From Oscillospiraceae bacterium (GTDB lineage: Bacteria; Bacillota; Clostridia; Oscillospirales; UBA929): DNA of 57,730 nt. This document shows, piece after piece, positions 51,437 to 57,730 of this stretch. The DNA lies in the NCBI GenBank assembly GCA_031253545.1, contig JAIRWH010000074.1, forward strand, positions 1 through 57,730. The letters are read 5' to 3'. Both the position numbers and the translations under genes were made by a program. The notes under the pieces were generated by a model. The model made no database searches. It saw only the letters and a list, made by a program, of their open reading frames with translations, and had not been told where the DNA came from. Numbering within the stretch: position 1 is the stretch's first letter; every line of letters begins with the position of its first letter.

Positions 51437-52933
51437 TTGGCCGCACAAAAAATCGCGCTGATTAACTTTTACAACCAAAAAGCATTGGCGATTCGATACA
51501 TAGAAGGGGCGCTCACGGCCGCGGGCTTCGATGTGGCGGTGCTTCACATCGGCGGCTACCGCGCCCAGCGCTCCTCCGAGCCCGACGAAGCCGGCGTGCT
51601 GCGTTTTTTGGAAACATTGGGTGCCTCGCCGCTCTGGATAGGCCTGAGCGTCACCTCCTCGTTTTTCCTCGGCATCGCTGAAAGCGTGAGCGACTTAATA
51701 AAAAAACACACCGGCGCTCCCATAGTCTGGGGCGGGGTATACGCTACGTTGCTCGCCGAGCGTTGCCTCGCGCATTGCGACTATGTAATCCGGGGCGAAG
51801 GCGAATACGCCGCCGCGCATTTTTCGCGGCGCTTGGCCTCCGGGTCGGGCGTGGGCGATGTGCCCAACTTGGTTTACCGCAAAAACGGGAAGATTATAAC
51901 CAACCCCATGCGCCCGTTCGACATGGACCTCGGCACGCTCCCCATCGCCGAGCTGGGGCTGCCGAATAAGTATTACCTTGACGACGACACCGGCCGGCTG
52001 CACCACATGGACCCTTATGTCAATTCATCCAGCTACGAGACCGCCGCGTCGCGGGGTTGCCCTTTCGCTTGCTCGTTTTGCTCTGCCGTCAGCATAAAGC
52101 GCCTTTACCCCAACGCCGCCCACTACACGCGCACCCGCGCCCCCGGCGACGTGATTGACGAACTGAAAAGCGCCAAGGCGAAGATGAAGAGGCTGTCCTT
52201 TATCCGCTTTTGGGACGAAATCTTCTCCACAGACCCCCTGTGGGTAGACGAGTTCGCCGCCCGATATAAGACCGAGATAAACCTTCCTTTCGAGGCGTGG
52301 ACACACCCGCTGAAAACGGACGCGGAATTGCTTGCAAAGTTGCGGGCCGTGGGTCTGCGCTGCGTCAGCATGGGCATCCAAAGCGGCTCGCCCGAAGTGC
52401 GCAAAAAGGTGTTTCGCCGCGCGGAGTCGCAGGAGCAAATCCTCGCCGCCGCCAATATGCTCACAAAAAGCCGCATACCTTACGTAACCTACGACTTCAT
52501 CCTCGGCCACCCGCTTGAAACCCCGGAGCAGCTCAAAGAAAGCTACGAGCTTTGCACCCGGCTGCCCGGCAGGTTTCTGCTGCAGCTCCACGGCTTGAGT
52601 TTCCTGCCCGGCACAGACATTGTGGAAGAGGCGGTAAAACAAGGCTTATATACCCGCGAAGCGATGGAAGAGATGATATATTTGCCGATGGAACGGCAAT
52701 ACTCCCTGTGGAACGAGGCGAAGAACGCCAACCCGGAGATAGAGTTTTGGTATAATCTCATATTCATGACCCAGTTTCCCCTGTTTCGGGCAATAGCCCG
52801 CCGCTTGGCAAAGCATTCGCAATCCCCGAAACACCGCGCGAAGGCGGCGCGCCGCTACCGCCTGAGCAAGCTCTTTCTCAGCCTGCGCCATATACGCCAG
52901 AAGGGGCTGAATGTGGTGTTGGAGCGGAGGTAA
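51437..52933 (+). CDS. B12-binding-domain radical SAM protein
   Basis: The N-terminal cobalamin-binding Rossmann segment is KIALINFYNQ...IGLSVTSS...IVWGGVYAT. The radical SAM cluster motif is RGCPFACSFCS. I trimmed the start to the TTG at 51437, downstream of the promoter. The 218 upstream codons in the track ORF are non-coding-like. Confidence 0.8.
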   Translation: MAAQKIALINFYNQKALAIRYIEGALTAAGFDVAVLHIGGYRAQRSSEPDEAGVLRFLETLGASPLWIGLSVTSSFFLGIAESVSDLIKKHTGAPIVWGGVYATLLAERCLAHCDYVIRGEGEYAAAHFSRRLASGSGVGDVPNLVYRKNGKIITNPMRPFDMDLGTLPIAELGLPNKYYLDDDTGRLHHMDPYVNSSSYETAASRGCPFACSFCSAVSIKRLYPNAAHYTRTRAPGDVIDELKSAKAKMKRLSFIRFWDEIFSTDPLWVDEFAARYKTEINLPFEAWTHPLKTDAELLAKLRAVGLRCVSMGIQSGSPEVRKKVFRRAESQEQILAAANMLTKSRIPYVTYDFILGHPLETPEQLKESYELCTRLPGRFLLQLHGLSFLPGTDIVEEAVKQGLYTREAMEEMIYLPMERQYSLWNEAKNANPEIEFWYNLIFMTQFPLFRAIARRLAKHSQSPKHRAKAARRYRLSKLFLSLRHIRQKGLNVVLERR

Positions 52934-53052
52934 TAGACAATCGGCCGCCAAAGCCCATATGCCGGATGCGCCGTTTTTTGTGGAAACCGCGCTTGCGCGT
53001 GGGGGTTTGCGGGTTGCGCGCCCTCTTTGTTTGTTTTATTGAGAAATTATGC

Positions 53053-53082
53053 TTGACATTGCGGCGGGAAGCCTGCTATACT
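53053..53082 (+). promoter_or_regulatory. Sigma-A type promoter of the phosphorelay operon
   Basis: TTGACA (53053-53058), an 18-nt spacer and TATACT (53077-53082). Confidence 0.6.
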
Positions 53083-53170
53083 GTATACGCTTATTCTGCT
53101 TGCGCTTTCCGCGTTATCTGCCGCGTACGCGCAAGACGTGTATCCGAACGTGCGAAGAGGGGATGAGCGT

Positions 53171-54013
53171 ATGTGTGACGCGCGTGATTTGCGCAGGATA
53201 CGAGACCTTAATCTGGACATAATGCCGGTGGACAGCAGCGGCAATCTGTCGGAAAACTATATGAAGTCCATAGACAGATTCATCGAGGGCTTCCCTGCCG
53301 AAAAGGATGTACTGCTGAAATCGTTTCACGCGGACAACGCGAAAGCCGCCACAAAATCACTCTTAGCCATCAGGGTTATGCTCGAAGGTGTCCACGCCGA
53401 CGAGTTGGCCAAGGAGTGTTTGCTGTATTCCAACAAGATGGGCAAAGGCGACGAGAAGATTCCCGAAAGGACAAAGGCGTATGTCAGTGTTTTGCTGTCG
53501 TCGGCGGTATCGCTTTCCATAGACCTCCAAATGGCAATCCTCGGCAAAGACGCGTCGAACACGGTGTTTGCGCGCGAAGAAAGCGCCGCCCCCGTCCGTT
53601 CCGCGCCGCCCGAGCCTCGCAACGCGGCCGTGGGACTTGACATTCTCCCACCGGAGAAGAAAAAAGAGATATTGGCGGTGGACGACGACACATATTGCTT
53701 AGACACTTTCAAGGAAGCGTTGAAAGACGTTCCGTGCAAGGTGATTTGCGTAACGTCAGGCAAGGCCGCGCTGAATGTGCTCAACGCCCGCAACCCCGAT
53801 TTGTTTGCTCTCGACATCGAGATGCCGGACATGGACGGCCTCACCCTTGCCAAGAACATCAGGAAACGTGGCATAAAAGCTCCCATCGTCTTCATAACCG
53901 GTAACTCCACCAAGGAGTTCGTGATAAGAGCCGTAAAAGAAGGGGCATCGGACTTCATTGTCAAACCCATCAACCCAAAACGCGCCGTGGAGAGGATAAA
54001 CAGGTTTCTGTGA
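53171..54013 (+). CDS. Response-regulator receiver protein with an N-terminal four-helix (HPt-like, His-less) domain
   Basis: The C-terminal REC domain is KEILAVDDDT...LFALDIEMPDMDG...FITGNS...DFIVKP. The N-terminal helical domain of about 150 aa aligns loosely to HPt but has T/K at the phospho-His position. The ATG at 53171 lies 8 nt after AGAGGGGA. Confidence 0.7.
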   Translation: MCDARDLRRIRDLNLDIMPVDSSGNLSENYMKSIDRFIEGFPAEKDVLLKSFHADNAKAATKSLLAIRVMLEGVHADELAKECLLYSNKMGKGDEKIPERTKAYVSVLLSSAVSLSIDLQMAILGKDASNTVFAREESAAPVRSAPPEPRNAAVGLDILPPEKKKEILAVDDDTYCLDTFKEALKDVPCKVICVTSGKAALNVLNARNPDLFALDIEMPDMDGLTLAKNIRKRGIKAPIVFITGNSTKEFVIRAVKEGASDFIVKPINPKRAVERINRFL

Positions 54014-54071
54014 CGGACCGCGGTCGCCTTGGCTGGGACGCGGCGCGGCGCACATTTGAGGGAGTGGTAAA

Positions 54072-56834
54072 ATGGCGCGTCTGTCAAGGCTCAGGAATCA
54101 TTCATCCATAATGCTGCAATGTATGCTGGTGGTTGCCACTTTCGCGGTCATGATAATTATCGGCGGGTATTTCGGCACAAGGCTTGTATCCAAATACCTC
54201 GTGTCATACGGCGAAAAGGTTATCAACGCCTCCGCCGAGACGTTGCGCACATACTTCGACGGCCATCAGGCAAAGTTTGAGGATATTGTGTTTATCGTCG
54301 AGGATATGCACGCTCGCGGCGACGACCCGGCGAAGATACAAGACGAAATCGCAAAGTGGGAATACCACATGAATAACGGCAACGACAGATACCACGGCGT
54401 TTTGTTTATATACGGCGTGGTGGACGGCAAGCTGATACACGGCACCCCGTGGGACGTGCCCGCCGATTATGTGGCGGAGACCCGTGTCTGGTATACGGGA
54501 GCGCGTGAACACCCCGGGCAAATATATTACAGCGACCCGTATATAGACGCGCATACCGGGGAATGGGTCCTGTCTATGTCGCAGGTGCTGTATGACGCGA
54601 ACGGCGGCGAGTTTGGGGTGCTGTCTTTTGACATTATCCTTTCGGCAATTACCGAATACATAAAGGATATGGAACTTATCAGCCTCGGCTTCGGGGCGTT
54701 GCTCGACTCGGAAATGCGGTTTGTCGTACACCCCGACGAAACCGTTTTTGGCGTGAAAATGGAAGACGTGGAAAACGAACCCGACGAGTATAAGCGTTTG
54801 GCGGCTATGATACGCGACAACGACGAACTGAATGCCTACAACTACAAATCCATGTTCGGCGTAGACAGCATCCTCTTCAGCAGGAAGCTGTTCAACGGTT
54901 GGTACATATATTTGTCCACGCCATACAGCGAATATAACAGAGACGTCAACGTTATGCTGGCCGTGCTGATTATTACCGGGGTAGTGTCAACCCTGGCGCT
55001 TTGCGCGTTCTTAACGCTTATGTACATAGCTAAACTGCGTTCCGACGAGGCGAACCGCTTCAAGTCCTCCTTCTTGGCAAATATGTCGCATGAAATCAGA
55101 ACCCCCATGAACGCCATCATCGGCATGACCGAGCTATTGTCGCATTCCGCCCTTTCGAGGCGCGACGCGGAATATGTCGGCGATATAAATACATCCGCCC
55201 ATTCGTTGTTGACGATTATCAACGACATATTGGACCTCGCGAAAGTCGAATCCGGCAAGCTGACGCTCAGCCCCGTCAACTACGATTTCCGTTCGCTCGT
55301 AGACAATGTGGCATCTATGTTCACTTATATGGCGCAAAAGAAAGGGCTTGAATTTGCGTTCGAAAGCGAAGGGGAGATGCCGCCGCATCTGTACGGCGAC
55401 GATGTCAAGCTGCGGCAGGTGCTGACCAACATTTGCGGCAACGCGGTCAAGTATACCGAAAAAGGGTCTGTCCGGCTGAAAGTAATCACATCGCGAGCGA
55501 AGGAAACGGTGACGTTTGAGATAAAAGATACCGGCATGGGCATTCGCAAAGAGGACATACCAAAGCTGTTCAACGCCTTCGAGCAGTCTAAGACAGAGCA
55601 AAACAGGGGAGTGGTGGGCACGGGCTTGGGTCTTGCCATCAGCAGGGTATTCGCGGAGATGATGGGCGGAAAAGTGTCGCTTGAGAGCGAATACGGCATG
55701 GGAAGCGTTTTCAGGCTCACTATCCCCCTGGTCGAAGGTGTCGCTTCAGATGATACCGCGCGCGGCGGCGGGCAAGACAACGCGCAGCCGTTTAGGGCCC
55801 CGGAAGCAAAAGTCTTGATTGTAGACGACAACGAGTTTAACCTGAGGGTGGCCCACGGTATGTTGGGGCTGTTCGGAATAAACGCCATGACGGTCTCGTC
55901 CGGCGCGGATGCCATTAAGGCGGTGCAAGACGGCGATTTTGACATCGTTTTCATGGACCACATGATGCCGGAAATGGACGGAATTGAGGCGACGGCAAGA
56001 ATCAGGAAACTTGAAGGCAGGCGCAAGCGCCTCACCGTCATCGCGCTGACCGCCAACGCGATAAAGGGCGCGATGGAAATGTTCTTGGAAAATGGGTTCG
56101 ACGGCTTTATACCGAAACCGGTTGAAATTCCGTTGCTGGTCAGGGCGCTCAGAGACCACTTGCCGCCCGAAAAAATAGTCCCTGTGGCGCAAATGCCGCC
56201 ATACGCGAAAGACGCGGGAAATGACGGCGGCGAGTTTTGGCAAGCGCTCGGCGGTATCGGGGATATTGATGTCGAGATTGGCCTACGCCGTGTGGACGGC
56301 ATGAAAGAGATGTATCGCGGCAATTTAGAGCTGTTTTATGAGAAACTTGCGGCGGAAGCGGATATGATGAAGGGTTTTATGAACGGCGGCGACTTGAAAG
56401 GTTTCTCCATCTCCGTCCATTCCATGAAATCGGCGCTCGCGAGCGTGGGGGCAATGGCTTTGTCTGACGCGGCGCAAACATTGGAGACAGCCGCCAAGGG
56501 CGGCGACGCCGCCTACTGCGCGGCGAACTTCCCGCAGTTTGCGGGCAGGCTCCTGTCGCTGCATGAACAATTAAAAACCGTGTTCCCGTCCGGCGGCGGT
56601 GCCTCCGCGCCTAGCAGAACACCCGGCGATGTCGCGAAGCTGCGAAAAGCCGCGCGCGAGGCGTTGGAAGCCGTGGAAAACTACGATGCCGACACGGGGT
56701 TGGAGGTTATCGCTCTATTACGCGCCTACGATTACGGCACGGAGATAAACGACCTGATAGACGGCGCGGCGGCGGCGCTTAAAAAATACGAATACGACAA
56801 CGCGGTAGAACTCTTATGGAAGGTTTTAAGCTGA
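54072..56834 (+). CDS. Hybrid sensor histidine kinase (Cache-like sensor, TM, HisKA, HATPase_c, REC, C-terminal HPt)
   Basis: The H-box is SHEIRTPMNAIIGMTELL, the N-box is NICGNAVKYT and the G-box is GTGLGLAISRVFAEMMGG. The REC domain is KVLIVDDNEFN...DIVFMDHMMPEMDG...ALTAN. The HPt motif is SVHSMKSALASVGA. Confidence 0.9.
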   Translation: MARLSRLRNHSSIMLQCMLVVATFAVMIIIGGYFGTRLVSKYLVSYGEKVINASAETLRTYFDGHQAKFEDIVFIVEDMHARGDDPAKIQDEIAKWEYHMNNGNDRYHGVLFIYGVVDGKLIHGTPWDVPADYVAETRVWYTGAREHPGQIYYSDPYIDAHTGEWVLSMSQVLYDANGGEFGVLSFDIILSAITEYIKDMELISLGFGALLDSEMRFVVHPDETVFGVKMEDVENEPDEYKRLAAMIRDNDELNAYNYKSMFGVDSILFSRKLFNGWYIYLSTPYSEYNRDVNVMLAVLIITGVVSTLALCAFLTLMYIAKLRSDEANRFKSSFLANMSHEIRTPMNAIIGMTELLSHSALSRRDAEYVGDINTSAHSLLTIINDILDLAKVESGKLTLSPVNYDFRSLVDNVASMFTYMAQKKGLEFAFESEGEMPPHLYGDDVKLRQVLTNICGNAVKYTEKGSVRLKVITSRAKETVTFEIKDTGMGIRKEDIPKLFNAFEQSKTEQNRGVVGTGLGLAISRVFAEMMGGKVSLESEYGMGSVFRLTIPLVEGVASDDTARGGGQDNAQPFRAPEAKVLIVDDNEFNLRVAHGMLGLFGINAMTVSSGADAIKAVQDGDFDIVFMDHMMPEMDGIEATARIRKLEGRRKRLTVIALTANAIKGAMEMFLENGFDGFIPKPVEIPLLVRALRDHLPPEKIVPVAQMPPYAKDAGNDGGEFWQALGGIGDIDVEIGLRRVDGMKEMYRGNLELFYEKLAAEADMMKGFMNGGDLKGFSISVHSMKSALASVGAMALSDAAQTLETAAKGGDAAYCAANFPQFAGRLLSLHEQLKTVFPSGGGASAPSRTPGDVAKLRKAAREALEAVENYDADTGLEVIALLRAYDYGTEINDLIDGAAAALKKYEYDNAVELLWKVLS

Positions 56835-57245
56835 GCCCGTAGCAACAACGCCGGCCACTTGCCGGGCGCGGCGCGTATGGCCGCGTCGAGCCGTGTTTCG
56901 CGGAGTATGCGCGGTTGCGGGAGACGAGGCAGTTACAGTAAACACATGACAGTCGGGACGCGAGATTGAGACGGTGAGCGAGAAGTTATGCTGTAAAGGG
57001 GAAATGTCCAATTTCCTACTAAACAGCATGGCAGCCAGCCCATCCGTAGCAGTTTGCGGCGTGGACAGCCGGAAGGAGGCGATAAGAGAACGGACGTGTA
57101 ATATCGGAAGCCGCTTCCAATATTACAAAACAGGGCGCGTCTGTGGCGCAACCTTTGCCCTATACGCGCCCGAAACCATCAACGAGGGGAGTATATCCCC
57201 CGTTCAGCACAGGCGGCCACAAGCCGCAGAGAGGAGGCCCAAACG

Positions 57246-57599
57246 ATGTTGATTGAATACATCAGCCACGGCGATTATCTCCTGCCAAATATCGTATTGG
57301 ACGAACCGCCGAGGGAATTGGCTGAACCTATCACCCGATATGGCGCGATGAGGCGGGCATATCTCCGGGAGCATCACCCAATCACATACAATCAGCTTTT
57401 GCTGACGGAGCGGCTATTCCCGCACCTGCGCGAAGTCCAATCGGACGCACATAAACGGCTTGACTGCATCATGTCTGATATACTGGTGTTTAGGCCACCG
57501 CCAGATAAAGCCGCCGACGGGCTTGCTTGGGCGGCGCACATGACAGACGTGCATCGGACAGCGGAAAAGATGATGCTTGACGAAATCGTATACGCCTAA
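57246..57599 (+). CDS. tnpV: TnpV-family transposon-associated protein
   Basis: The sequence GDYLLPNIVLDEPPRELAEPITRYGAMRRAYLREHHPITYNQLLLTERLFPHLREV...AWAAHMTDVHRTAEKMMLDEIVYA matches the TnpV pattern found on clostridial mobilisable transposons. A GAGAGGAGG RBS is present. Confidence 0.75.
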   Translation: MLIEYISHGDYLLPNIVLDEPPRELAEPITRYGAMRRAYLREHHPITYNQLLLTERLFPHLREVQSDAHKRLDCIMSDILVFRPPPDKAADGLAWAAHMTDVHRTAEKMMLDEIVYA

Positions 57600-57600
57600 A

Positions 57601-57642
57601 AGCGAAAGTGGAACGCTCCGAAAGGAGCGTTTTGCTTTCGCT
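57601..57642 (+). terminator. Nested stem-loop terminator after tnpV
   Basis: The outer stem is AGCGAAAG...CTTTCGCT. The inner stem is AACGCTCC-GAAA-GGAGCGTT, followed by TTTG. Confidence 0.7.
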
Positions 57643-57730
57643 GTATCACAGATAATAGCTCTACCCATTTTACAAAACGGCCATTAGTGATTCCATGTGT
57701 TATGCTTAACAGGCATTGTTATCGCTCAAG

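Overview
This is a GC-rich, Clostridia-like chromosomal window. That placement rests on gene content: rnfDGEAB, asp23-yloV, lepA, trxA, cca, htrA, CotH and a GH94 phosphorylase. I can support about 45 protein genes, one tRNA-Gln, several sigma-A-type promoters and several terminators. Many long ORFs in the six-frame track are antisense shadows of real genes, which is typical of high-GC DNA. Housekeeping blocks are interleaved with five kinds of accessory material. (1) Twin small secreted proteins end in an unusual sorting signal: TGDN, a TM helix, then a basic tail. (2) A 2162-aa surface protein is built from five tandem modules, each an Ig-like segment plus an EWRVL...RPAMLL (DUF6273-like) domain. 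A membrane-anchored cyclophilin gene starts 5 nt after its stop. (3) A roughly 9.5-kb decayed mobile-element remnant lies at 23.3-32.9 kb. Its sigma factor, ABC ATPase, SfsA, TetR, relaxase and phage portal genes are broken by frameshifts, in-frame stops or deletion junctions. A two-component system and two unknown membrane proteins inside it remain intact. (4) A CotH kinase gene sits divergently from a VTC (polyphosphate-polymerase-like) gene and a DUF4956 membrane protein gene; the function of this trio is unknown. (5) An LRR + DUF6273-like lipoprotein gene carries a (GT)11 microsatellite between its ATG and its signal peptide, which currently puts the ATG out of frame, a candidate phase-variation switch. 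This gene is bracketed by same-orientation arrays of a degenerate heptanucleotide (GGTTAGT / TTAGGGG) with G-quadruplex potential. A third copy of the array lies upstream of the twin surface-protein operon. I consider this repeat-controlled surface-protein arrangement the most novel signal, followed by the CotH-VTC-DUF4956 trio and the giant modular protein. All family names come from reading the translations from memory. No database search was run.
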